Virus record (IMG/VR): IMGVR_UViG_2724679570_000003
Reading direction: 5' to 3' (one strand)
Length of the DNA stretch: 64,000 bases
Source of the DNA: an uncultured virus (IMG/VR IMGVR_UViG_2724679570_000003)
Lineage: Duplodnaviria; Heunggongvirae; Uroviricota; Caudoviricetes
The translations under genes and the position numbers were made by a program. The stretch's first letter is position 1; each line of letters begins with the position of its first letter. The notes under the pieces are model-generated. The model saw only the letters and a program-made list of their open reading frames with translations, was not told the DNA's origin and did not search any database. Below are positions 1 to 8,800 of this stretch, in pieces.

Positions 1-395
1 ATCATAAGAAAATATGTAATTGTAGGATAGATTTTCTTCAGAAACTAACTACAGATTTTATTAATAAATATGATATTATTTGTTTAGAAGATTTAAATGT
101 TAGTGGTATGTTACAAAATCATAAATTAGCTAAAAGCATAGCAGATGCAAGTTTCTTTGAGTTCAATAGAGAGTTAGAATATAAATCTAAATGGTATGAT
201 AAAACAACATCTAAAATAGATAGATTTTATCCTAGTAGTCAATTATGTAGTAATTGTGACAATCAATCACAACAAACTAAAGATTTAGGAGTTAGGACTT
301 ATATATGTCCAAAATGTGGGTTAGAAATAGATAGAGATTATAATGCTAGTATAAATATTTTAAATGAAGGTTTAAGATTATTGAAAGCAAGTTAA
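1..395 (+). CDS. tnpB: IS200/IS605-family TnpB, C-terminal part (runs off left edge)
   Basis: EDLNV RuvC-II just upstream of the track start, YPSSQLCSNC..CPKC zinc finger, DRDYNAS RuvC-III. Confidence 0.9.
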   Translation, partial: HKKICNCRIDFLQKLTTDFINKYDIICLEDLNVSGMLQNHKLAKSIADASFFEFNRELEYKSKWYDKTTSKIDRFYPSSQLCSNCDNQSQQTKDLGVRTYICPKCGLEIDRDYNASINILNEGLRLLKAS

Positions 396-419
396 AAATA
401 ATTTAAATATATAAATAAA

Positions 420-512
420 TAACCATAGGAACTATGGAGATAGCTTGGTAAATTTACTTACAATAATAGGTATTACCCAAGAATCCCGGGACTTTTGTCG
501 TGGGAGGTTCAA
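420..512 (+). ncRNA. IS605 right end / omegaRNA scaffold
   Basis: Follows tnpB; subterminal hairpin cccgggacttttgtcgtggga and terminal GGTTCAA typical of IS605 right ends. Confidence 0.7.
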
Positions 513-550
513 AATATTGCCAACCTAGAAAAAGTTTTTATATATCTTGT

Positions 551-579
551 ATATTATAAAATTATTTTATATTTGTCAA
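551..579 (-). promoter_or_regulatory. sigmaA-type promoter with TAAAATAATTT box in spacer
   Basis: TTGACA-17 nt-TAATAT on minus strand. Confidence 0.6.
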
Positions 580-595
580 TATTTTTTATACTACT

Positions 596-620
596 TACTC
601 ACGACTGAAGTCACGAGTAT
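596..620. mobile_element. IS200/IS605-like end hairpin remnant
   Basis: tactcacgactgaagtcacgagta, same cacgac-N-agtcg(c/t)g family as 39825-39856 and 63149-63171. Confidence 0.5.
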
Positions 621-706
621 GCGTGGTGCTTTTATAATCAATTTGTTATAATATATACATATATTAAAATTATATATGGAATTATTTGTATATTGGAGGT
701 ATCATT

Positions 707-1066
707 GTGAAAAAGAAAAAGTTTTTTAAATTGGTCTTGCTATGTTTAAGTTTTATTTTATGTTTAGGATTGTTTGTTGGGTGTAGTGATAGTTCAGGCA
801 GAGGTAATGAGAGTGACGAAAGGTATAAAGCATATGAAACAGCAAAATCTTATGTTGAAGATGAACTAAAATCTCCAACTACAGCTGAGTTTGCAAGTAT
901 AAATGAAGCAAAAATAACTAAATTAGGAAAAGATGAATATCGAATCGAGTCTTATGTAAACGCACAAAATAGTTTCGGTGCAAAAATAAAAAGTACATTT
1001 AGTTGCAGAATTGTTGTTGATTATGACAAAGAAAAAGTAGATTGCTATGATTTGGTAATAAAATAA
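707..1066 (+). CDS. phage lipoprotein (possible superinfection-exclusion moron)
   Basis: GGAGG RBS before GTG 707; basic N-terminus, hydrophobic stretch, LFVGC lipobox. Confidence 0.65.
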   Translation: MKKKKFFKLVLLCLSFILCLGLFVGCSDSSGRGNESDERYKAYETAKSYVEDELKSPTTAEFASINEAKITKLGKDEYRIESYVNAQNSFGAKIKSTFSCRIVVDYDKEKVDCYDLVIK

Positions 1067-1085
1067 ATGTATATAATTAATTTTA

Positions 1086-1118
1086 AACCTCTAAATATAT
1101 GATAGTTAGAGGTTTTTT
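1086..1118 (+). terminator. rho-independent terminator
   Basis: aacctcta...tagaggtt followed by T-run. Confidence 0.75.
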
Positions 1119-1193
1119 GTATAAAAATAATATTTGAAAAACAGGTATGCTATAATAGTTTCAGATAAAACTATATGGAGGTTTTAAAAACAT

Positions 1194-1394
1194 ATGGCAG
1201 TAAAAAATAGATTGAAAGAAATAATAGATGGAAAAGGCTTAAAGCAAACATGGTTAGCAGAGCAAGTAGGAGTAACTAGAGGGACTATATCTAATATATG
1301 TAATAATAGATATAAAACTACTATTGAGCTTGGATTTGAAATAGCTAAAGTATTAGGGGTTGAATTTACTGATATATTTTATTATGAAGACTAG
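1194..1394 (+). CDS. Cro/XRE-family HTH regulator
   Basis: QTWLAEQVGVTRGTISNI helix-turn-helix, GGAGG RBS. Confidence 0.9.
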   Translation: MAVKNRLKEIIDGKGLKQTWLAEQVGVTRGTISNICNNRYKTTIELGFEIAKVLGVEFTDIFYYED

Positions 1395-1419
1395 TGTAAA
1401 AATTATTGTGCTTAATGTA

Positions 1420-1503
1420 TTGACAAACTAAACAAATAATAGTATTATAATATTTGCAAGGTAAAAACAACCAATTAATCCAAGCCTTGCAAATATTATA
1501 ATA
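1420..1503 (+). promoter_or_regulatory. promoter of small-ORF array with overlapping 19-bp inverted repeat
   Basis: TTGACA(1420)-17-TATTAT(1443); tattataatatttgcaagg 1443-1461 / ccttgcaaatattataata 1485-1503. Confidence 0.7.
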
Positions 1504-1516
1504 GGGAGTTGTCGAT

Positions 1517-1885
1517 ATGTTAAATAAAACAAATGCTATTAATAATATAGAGTGGAAACAAAAAATAATAAATAATGCTAAGAAGCATGAAAAAGAGAAT
1601 GAGGAAATGATTCAGGGGTTAGTCAAAAAACTAAAAACAATTAATCTATTCGGTACTTACATAAAACAAGATAATATTGCATTAGCTATAGAAGATTTCA
1701 TAGTAGAGGAAAATGACTATAACATTTTTATAATAGGACAAGCTTGTTTAAATACTGATGACGGAGAAGATTATATAGAAAATTGTATATTTGGAATTTC
1801 TAAATCAGGATTACTTAATTGGAATGATGATTTGGGAGATATAGAATTGGAATATGCAGATAACATAGTTTTATTAGAGTTATAA
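1517..1885 (+). CDS. hypothetical acidic protein
   Basis: ORF with GGGAG RBS. Confidence 0.7.
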   Translation: MLNKTNAINNIEWKQKIINNAKKHEKENEEMIQGLVKKLKTINLFGTYIKQDNIALAIEDFIVEENDYNIFIIGQACLNTDDGEDYIENCIFGISKSGLLNWNDDLGDIELEYADNIVLLEL

Positions 1886-1954
1886 TATAATTAAGAATAG
1901 TAATTGTAAGAGGATTATATTATGGAACAAAAAAAGGGGGGGGAGAGAGGTAGT

Positions 1955-2140
1955 ATGATAACATTAGATTCTATAAGAGAAAAAAATAAAAATGAACAAT
2001 CTTTTTTAAATACAAAAATAACTAAGAACACTCTTTCTCAAGAAGAATATGCAGAAGGAAGAGAAATATTTTCACAATTTGTAAAACCAATAAATGAAAA
2101 GTCTTTATATGATTATTTTAAAGAATGTGAAGATATATAA
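1955..2140 (+). CDS. small hypothetical protein (array member)
   Basis: GAGG RBS before ATG 1955. Confidence 0.6.
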   Translation: MITLDSIREKNKNEQSFLNTKITKNTLSQEEYAEGREIFSQFVKPINEKSLYDYFKECEDI

Positions 2141-2288
2141 TAGAAGTAATAATATATTTGAATTTACAGTATCCAAAGATGATTTCAATAGTATAGTTAA
2201 AAAGTTAGAAAAACCAGGACTAACTAAAGAATACTTAGATAAATGTAAAAGAGTTGCTAATTTATATAAGAAACCATCTAAAAAATAA
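2127..2288 (+). CDS. small protein resembling GNAT-antitoxin (DUF1778-like) C-terminus
   Basis: VSKDDFNSIVKKLEKP motif; start overlaps upstream gene, start uncertain. Confidence 0.45.
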   Translation: MKIYNRSNNIFEFTVSKDDFNSIVKKLEKPGLTKEYLDKCKRVANLYKKPSKK

Positions 2289-2312
2289 TTTCAAAAGTAT
2301 AGGAGAAAAATT

Positions 2313-2468
2313 ATGAATGTCAAAAGGTGGAATGATAATAAAAATAAGCTTAAAGAAAAAAATACATCACAAAACTATACAGTGGCAAATACTAAAGATG
2401 TAATTTTATCAATTAAAAAGTGTAATAAAAAATATGCTAAAGCGTTAAAGAAACTAGCTGATTCGTAA
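2313..2468 (+). CDS. 51-aa protein, C-terminus resembles Doc-neutralising antitoxin helix
   Basis: AGGAG RBS; MNVKRWND...KKYAKALKKLADS; below the ORF-track length cutoff. Confidence 0.55.
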   Translation: MNVKRWNDNKNKLKEKNTSQNYTVANTKDVILSIKKCNKKYAKALKKLADS

Positions 2469-2484
2469 GTACGGAGTGAAAATT

Positions 2485-2772
2485 ATGGGTAAAATAATTG
2501 ATATTTTTGATTATAAAAAAGAAATAAAACCAAAAGAAACCTTAACGAAGGAAGAAATAATGGAAGCAAAAGCAGATTTACTATATGATGATGATAGATA
2601 CTTAGATATGTTTTTTGAGGAAGATCATAATGATAAAATAGAAATTGAGGATATAGATGTAGAAGCAAAGTTAGCTAAAGGTAAGGAACTATTAGAACTT
2701 TTATTAATCAGGAGGAAGGATATGAGAAAGATAATAGATTTAGAAGCATACTCTCAAAACAAAAGAATATAA
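2485..2772 (+). CDS. small acidic hypothetical protein
   Basis: GGAG RBS; ORF track. Confidence 0.6.
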   Translation: MGKIIDIFDYKKEIKPKETLTKEEIMEAKADLLYDDDRYLDMFFEEDHNDKIEIEDIDVEAKLAKGKELLELLLIRRKDMRKIIDLEAYSQNKRI

Positions 2773-2919
2773 ATAGAATCTTATTCTATGTCAGATATGA
2801 TTGTTGACCCAAAAAAGAGAAAAGAAGTCTATGATTATTATGATAGAAATTATAAATCTACTCAAGAAGAGGATGAGATATGTAATAAAATGAGAGGAAA
2901 ATATAGAGAGGAAGATTAA
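2722..2919 (+). pseudogene. small ORF with in-frame TAA at 2770
   Basis: AGGAGG RBS before ATG 2722; frame continues IESYSMSDMIVDPKKRKEVYDYY...REED to TAA 2919. Confidence 0.45.
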
Positions 2920-2943
2920 ATAAGATTATTAAGAGGTTTTATT

Positions 2944-3204
2944 ATGAAAAAAATAAGTCAAAGACCTAATGATATATTAAAATCTATAGAAATAAGTTTT
3001 CAAGAAATACAGGATTTTAATAAAGGTAAGAAAAAATTAAAATCATTAAAAGAATCTCAACAATTATGGGATAAATGGGCAGAAGAAAAGTGTGAATGGG
3101 ATATTATTGCAGATATATTCACTAATGCTGCCAAAAAGAAAGGTTTAACAAAAGAACAGGTAGAAAATATAATAGAGAAGATCAAGAAAGAGACTAAGGA
3201 CTAA
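2944..3204 (+). CDS. small protein, apparent fusion of two antitoxin-like peptides
   Basis: ILKSIEISFQEIQDFNKGK + AAKKKGLTKEQVENIIEKIK. Confidence 0.55.
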   Translation: MKKISQRPNDILKSIEISFQEIQDFNKGKKKLKSLKESQQLWDKWAEEKCEWDIIADIFTNAAKKKGLTKEQVENIIEKIKKETKD

Positions 3205-3215
3205 GGAGTAATAGT

Positions 3216-3440
3216 ATGGATATAAAAAGATGGATGAACTGTAGTCAATCATTCACATTCACAAGAGATAAGCAAAAGACACATATTAGAGATGATAAAA
3301 AGAAACTAAAAGCTTTATTGATGAAAGATATAAAAACAGATGATAAAGGTAGAGTATTGTTAACTAAAGAAGATGAATGGAGAAAAGAAACAGAGTGGGA
3401 TGAATTATATAAAGATAATGATATCAAAAATATAAATTAA
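3216..3440 (+). CDS. small antitoxin-like protein
   Basis: AAGGAG RBS; MDIKRW leader; DDKGRVLLTKEDEWRKETEWD tail. Confidence 0.55.
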   Translation: MDIKRWMNCSQSFTFTRDKQKTHIRDDKKKLKALLMKDIKTDDKGRVLLTKEDEWRKETEWDELYKDNDIKNIN

Positions 3441-3459
3441 GGGACGAAGAGGTAGTTGT

Positions 3460-3633
3460 ATGGGGAATAAAGAAGAGAAGAAATTAAAAATAACGACACA
3501 AATAGCTGCAACACCAACATTATATGGAGAAGAAGCAAAAAAGGTTATTATGGAAGCGAAGACAATACCAAGTGAAAAAGCAAAAGAAAATGGACAAAAA
3601 CTATTGAATTATTTTAAAAGATTCAACAGTTAA
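3460..3633 (+). CDS. 57-aa orphan GNAT-antitoxin-like protein
   Basis: GAGG RBS; IAATPTLYGEEAKKVI aligns with MGVLPIIEGKQAKILL of 4944-5090. Confidence 0.6.
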   Translation: MGNKEEKKLKITTQIAATPTLYGEEAKKVIMEAKTIPSEKAKENGQKLLNYFKRFNS

Positions 3634-3712
3634 GTAAAAAGCTCATATCTTTAGTTTGTGTAAATGCTAAAATATGTATTATAAGATTAATAAGTTAAGA
3701 AGGATGATGATT

Positions 3713-3847
3713 ATGGAGAGAAATTGTACTATTTCTAAATCTCTTGAGGAAAGTTTAAAACAAATGAAGGCAATTAGAAGTGGTAAAATAAAAAAGAAGA
3801 CATGGAAAGAATTAAAGCAAGAACTTCAAGAAGAAGATAGTAATTAA
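3713..3847 (+). CDS. 44-aa antitoxin-like peptide
   Basis: AAGGA RBS; SKSLEESLKQMKAIRSGKIKKKTWKEL parallels N-half of 2944 ORF. Confidence 0.55.
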   Translation: MERNCTISKSLEESLKQMKAIRSGKIKKKTWKELKQELQEEDSN

Positions 3848-3901
3848 AAGTGTAGCTAAATAATTAGTCTTCAATATAATTATAAATGTGGAGGAAGAAT
3901 A

Positions 3902-4069
3902 ATGGATAGAGCGAATAAGAACAATATGGAGAAATTTTTCGGTATTGATAATATAGCCCCAATAAAGCTAACTCTATCAGATACATTAGACAAAGACGAA
4001 AAAGGTGATTGCTTTGCAGACTGGTATGAAGAAGAACTTATTGAAAAGTATAGAAAATATAATAGATAA
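3902..4069 (+). CDS. 55-aa hypothetical protein
   Basis: GGAGG RBS; MDRANK...KYNR. Confidence 0.55.
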   Translation: MDRANKNNMEKFFGIDNIAPIKLTLSDTLDKDEKGDCFADWYEEELIEKYRKYNR

Positions 4070-4131
4070 ACTAAGATATATAACTTATAAAGGGTTTATT
4101 ATAAATATTTGTACTGGGAGTGATGAATGTT

Positions 4132-4281
4132 ATGAAGAGGTCTCTGAATTTAAATAAATTAGCAACAAAAAACATAACTACTATATCATCAAAAGAGGCA
4201 TTAAAAAATGTTATACCTTTTGAATGGAGTGAGGAAGTATTAAATGGCACTAAAAAGATTAAACTTATAAAAGGTAGGTAG
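4132..4281 (+). CDS. 49-aa antitoxin-like peptide
   Basis: GGGAG RBS; ISSKEALKNVIPFEWSEEVLNG. Confidence 0.5.
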   Translation: MKRSLNLNKLATKNITTISSKEALKNVIPFEWSEEVLNGTKKIKLIKGR

Positions 4282-4289
4282 ATTCAATT

Positions 4290-4433
4290 ATGGTAAAAAA
4301 TATCTCATTAAAAAATAATACAGAACTAAGCATTAAAAATAAAAGCTTTAAAGATATGATTAAATGTGGAAAAAAAGTAAAAAAAATATTTAAATTAAAT
4401 GAGAAAGATATTTATGATTTGCTTAAAAAATAG
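4290..4433 (+). CDS. 47-aa basic protein
   Basis: AGGTAGG RBS; FKLNEKDIYDLLKK tail similar to GLTKEQVENII of 2944 ORF. Confidence 0.5.
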   Translation: MVKNISLKNNTELSIKNKSFKDMIKCGKKVKKIFKLNEKDIYDLLKK

Positions 4434-4943
4434 ATGATATAATGAGAAAGTATTTGAAATGTACTTCAAATTCTTTGATAAAGATGATGAATAATGGATT
4501 TTTGGACAATCCAATACGTTTAAGAGTGGCGTAGTAATATGTGAAAACTTAAATATCAAACAATGTGTAAAGAATTACATGACCTTAATCGTATGAGGTT
4601 TACGATCTTAATAAATCAAAGCTAAAAGTTTTCATTCGCTAAAATTGTCAATAAAACTTTGTATCTTAGTATATAATTAATAACTTTTAACATTCATCTT
4701 GTCTATATTTTTGGTACGAATTATCATCAAGTATATACCAATTTATGGTAATATATAAATATGCTAATTATTTAATATATACAAACGAAATAAATAATAT
4801 AACCCAAAAAGGCTTTATTATAAATATTTTGTAAAATATTGATAATTTGTACTGGGAGTGGTAAAATGAATATAGAGAGATGGACAAGTAGTAAAAAGAC
4901 TTATAAATTTAATAAAAGGAGAAGACAAAAAGGGGATGAGATT

Positions 4944-5090
4944 ATGGCAGTGTCAATGGGCGTTCTACCAATAATCGAAGGAAAACAAGCGAAAATATTA
5001 TTGGACAAACTTAGAAAACCTACATATGATAAAGAAACTTTAGAAAAGTATGCAAAGGAATCAAAGGAATTTTTCGATATTGAGGAATAA
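4944..5090 (+). CDS. putative antitoxin of GNAT toxin (alternative start 4866 with MNIERW leader)
   Basis: Small ORF overlapping start of GNAT gene; AGGGG RBS. Confidence 0.6.
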   Translation: MAVSMGVLPIIEGKQAKILLDKLRKPTYDKETLEKYAKESKEFFDIEE

Positions 5091-5607
5091 CAAACCGTCT
5101 ATAGAAAGAATAAATGCAGATAAACATTTGAGAATAATGGGTGATTTTGATTGTGGGTTAGAAGAAGAAATGACGGTTTTTTTTAAAAATGAAGCTCTTA
5201 ATTATGATGAAAACGGAGAAGGTAATACATTTCTTATTTTACACAACAATTGTAAAAACCAACGAACAATTATAGCATACTTTACTTTAAAGGCAAATAT
5301 AGTTAAAATAAAGGATGAAAAATATGAAGGACAAATTAGGATTATTCCATCATTAGAGATTGCCAGATTAGCTATAGATAAAGATTATCAAAATAAAGGA
5401 TATGGCAAGAAAATAATGAAGTATATAATTACTTTAGCTAACGAAATAAAAGAGAAAATTGCTATTAAATATATAATAGTGTTTTCAGTAGAATCAGCAT
5501 CAGATTTTTATAAAGAAAAGTTTAATTTTCAAGAGCTTGAAGTGAATAAGGATACTTTTTCAGATTCAGATAATGAAGGATGCAAACCGTTGTATATCGT
5601 AATATAA
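5080..5607 (+). CDS. GNAT acetyltransferase, TacT/AtaT-like toxin type
   Basis: FDCG..., IIAYFTL, IPSLEIARLAIDKDYQNKGYG acetyl-CoA motif, SASDFYKEKFNF. Confidence 0.8.
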   Translation: MRNNKPSIERINADKHLRIMGDFDCGLEEEMTVFFKNEALNYDENGEGNTFLILHNNCKNQRTIIAYFTLKANIVKIKDEKYEGQIRIIPSLEIARLAIDKDYQNKGYGKKIMKYIITLANEIKEKIAIKYIIVFSVESASDFYKEKFNFQELEVNKDTFSDSDNEGCKPLYIVI

Positions 5608-5640
5608 CCACTATATATGTTGTAAATATATAGTGGTTTG
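5606..5640 (+). terminator. terminator hairpin
   Basis: aaccactatata...tatatagtggtt. Confidence 0.65.
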
Positions 5641-5847
5641 GTCTTTGATATTAATTAAACAACTACATAAAGTTTCAAAAGTTTTACTAAAACTTCTAGC
5701 TTCAATTAGTTAGGAGTTTTTATTTTGCATAAAATTAAGATTTAAAGGCATTTTCATAATGTCTTTTTATTTTTGCTTAATATATCTACATAAAAAATAT
5801 TATGTAAATATAATTAAAGTAAACAAAATATGAAAGGAGGAATTTTA

Positions 5848-8800
5848 ATGAGCTTAGGAATACATACTTCGTTTACTTTAGAAGATTTAGGTTCTTTAAC
5901 TACTAGAGTTGAAACTCTTTTGGGTAAAGTAGGAGAAAATAGTAAAATAAAACTAGATTTTTCAGATGGAATGTCTTTAGATAAGATGCAACAACAAATA
6001 AATAAACTACAACAAGAAATTATTAAAGCTAGTAAACAGTCTAGTCAAACATTTATAAAGACTTTTGATAATGTAAATAAACAATTTGAACAACAAATAG
6101 ATAAAATAAAAAATAATTTAAAAAACATAGGGTCAAATGTAAATGTTAATTCTATAAAAGATGATTATGGAAAGATAATAGGTGCTATGGCTCAGTATGA
6201 AGACAAGGCAGGAAATATTGTAACAAAGAATTACGAGATAGATAAATCATTTAAAAATATAGGTAACGATGGAAAGTATATTAATAAATTAAAAGCTGTG
6301 ACTGATACAAGATTACAAGATCAGGATAAAATAATTAAATCATTGGAAAAAGAAAGAAAAAAGATAGAAGAATTAACTGGTTCTATAGCTAAATTAAAGG
6401 TTAGTGAAAGCGGAAATGGTAGAATTCAAAGTGCAAAAATTAGTTATGTAGATAATGATAATAAATTAGTTGAACAGGCGTATAAAATAAAAGAAGATAT
6501 AAAAAGAAAAGAAAATGTTATAAATAAAGGTTTGTCTTTAGAAAATACAGGTTTTAATACTACTGAAAATGTACAAAAAAGTATAAAAACATTAGAACAA
6601 TATCAGAAAACCATAGATAAATTGAATGAAAAAAATATAAAACTAGGTGATGGAAGCCAAAGTCAATTGTTTATTAAAAATCTTGAACAAGCACAGACAT
6701 TAATTGATAAAACAAAATCATCTGGTGAATCTATGAGCAAAAGTATTCAAAATGAACTTAATATTTTGATTAGTAAAATGAATTTTGAAAATAAAACAAT
6801 TAAAGAAAATAACACCGAAATGAAAAAAAAAGAAAAGATAATGAAAGATGCTCCTGTGGCAATACAAGGATATGAAAATAAAATAAAAAAATTAACAGAT
6901 TCTTATGGGAAATTAATTAAAGAAGCTGATTTAAAAAAACTAAGAGAAGAAATGGCTAAATTAGCAAATTCAAAAGAACCTGAAGAATACGCTAGGCAAT
7001 TGAAGGTTATAAAAAATGAATATGATAAATTAGAGAACTCTGTAAATAGTGGTGGTAAAAAGGGGAATGGGGGTATATTAGCTTCTATTGGTGAGGCAAT
7101 GACAAAGTTTCCCATTTGGATAGGTGCTACTACTGCTTGGATGGAAGCCATACATAAGGTCAAGGAAGGTATTGGCTTTATAGCTGATTTAGATAAAGCT
7201 CAAACTAATATAAGTATGATAGCTGGTATTGGTAAAAAAGAAGTCGCAGGTTTGACTGATGAGTACAGCAAATTAGCAGGTCAATTACATACTACTACAT
7301 TAGAAATGATGGGTGAACAAAGCACTATTGCCCATGTAAAACCTCGTGAACCTAGAAATCTAGGGTGTACATTTAACGTTAAAGTATCAAATGGGAAATA
7401 ATTTGTTAATAAATGTGCTAACAGGGGAAGAGAAATCCAATCCTGTGCGAAATTATATTTATTTTTAAATATATAATCGTTAAACGACTATCGAAACCAT
7501 AGCATAAATGTAATTAGGGTTGTTTATGTAAATAAGGAAGTAGAGTGAATTAACACTATTAGTACATCCATAGCGAAACTCTATGGGTGGAAGTGCGAGG
7601 ACTTAACCTAATAAGTATGATATAGTCTATTGATTAATTTAAATAATTAATGGGTGCAGAAGAGTTCCTTAGAGCTGGTAGAAGCGTAGAAGAAACTAAA
7701 GGATTATTAAAGGCTTCTACAATTGGTGGTGCAATTTCAGGACAAGATAATAGAGCAGTTTCAGAACAATTAATTGCAATAACTAACGGTTTTAGTAATA
7801 TGACTGAACAAGCACAGAAAGATGGAAAAAGTTATGAAGAGGTAGTAATGCATGTTATAGATACTATTTCAACATTAGATAATGCTTCTGCTACTTCATT
7901 CCAAGAAGTTGCTACTGCTATGATGAGAACATCATCTTCAGCACAAATGGCAGGAGTAAGTTTTGAAACATTAGCATCTTATGTGGCTACAGTTTCAGCT
8001 ACAACAAGAAAATCTGCGGAAAGTATTGGTGAATCCTTTAAAACCATGTTCGCAAGATTTCAAGATATTAAACAAAATATTAATGTTGATGATGGTGTAA
8101 CTATATCTAACGTTGAAAAGTCGTTGGATAAAGTAGGAGTTGCACTTAGAAAAGATAAGTATCATTTCAAAGAGTTTTCTCAAATTATTGAAGAGCTTAA
8201 ACCAAAATGGAAAGAATTCAATGATTTAGAAAAAGCAGATATAGCCAAAAGTTTAGCAGGTAAAATGTGTGCCTGAGTATACAGCAATGTATATTAAGAA
8301 GCGAACCATATCGGGAAAACCCCAAACATGTAATGATGTGGGCAATTCCGAGGAAAGATTATTTATTTAAAATATAGTGTAATAAAATAAAAAAGATGGT
8401 GATGAATATAAAGTGGACAAGCGAGAAAATAGAATTATTGAAAAAATATTATCCTAACAGTAGTTGGGATTTTTTATTTGAAGTTTTACAATGTTCAAAT
8501 AAAGAAAGTATAATCCATAAGGCATATAAATTAAATATAAAAAGACAGGGTTTTTATTATACAGATAAAGATATAGATTTTTTAAAAAATAATTATGATA
8601 AAATGCCTATAGAGGAGATAGCAAAACATTTAAATAAAACTCCAGTTGCAATAATGACAAAAGCTAATAATTTAAAATTACATAAAACAGATAAATGGTC
8701 AGAAGATGAAATGAAATTATTAGAACGAGTATATGGAAAATATACTAATAAAGAGTTGTCAGAAAAGTTTTTTACTAATAGAAATGTAGAAAGCATTAGA

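Noticed and set aside
4434..4600. Further array ORFs
   Set aside because: Only short frames with stops and no clear RBS; possibly a decayed remnant
1900..5000. CRISPR array or anti-CRISPR assignment for the small-ORF region
   Set aside because: No regularly spaced direct repeats; no Acr family recognised, though an Acr role for individual ORFs cannot be excluded
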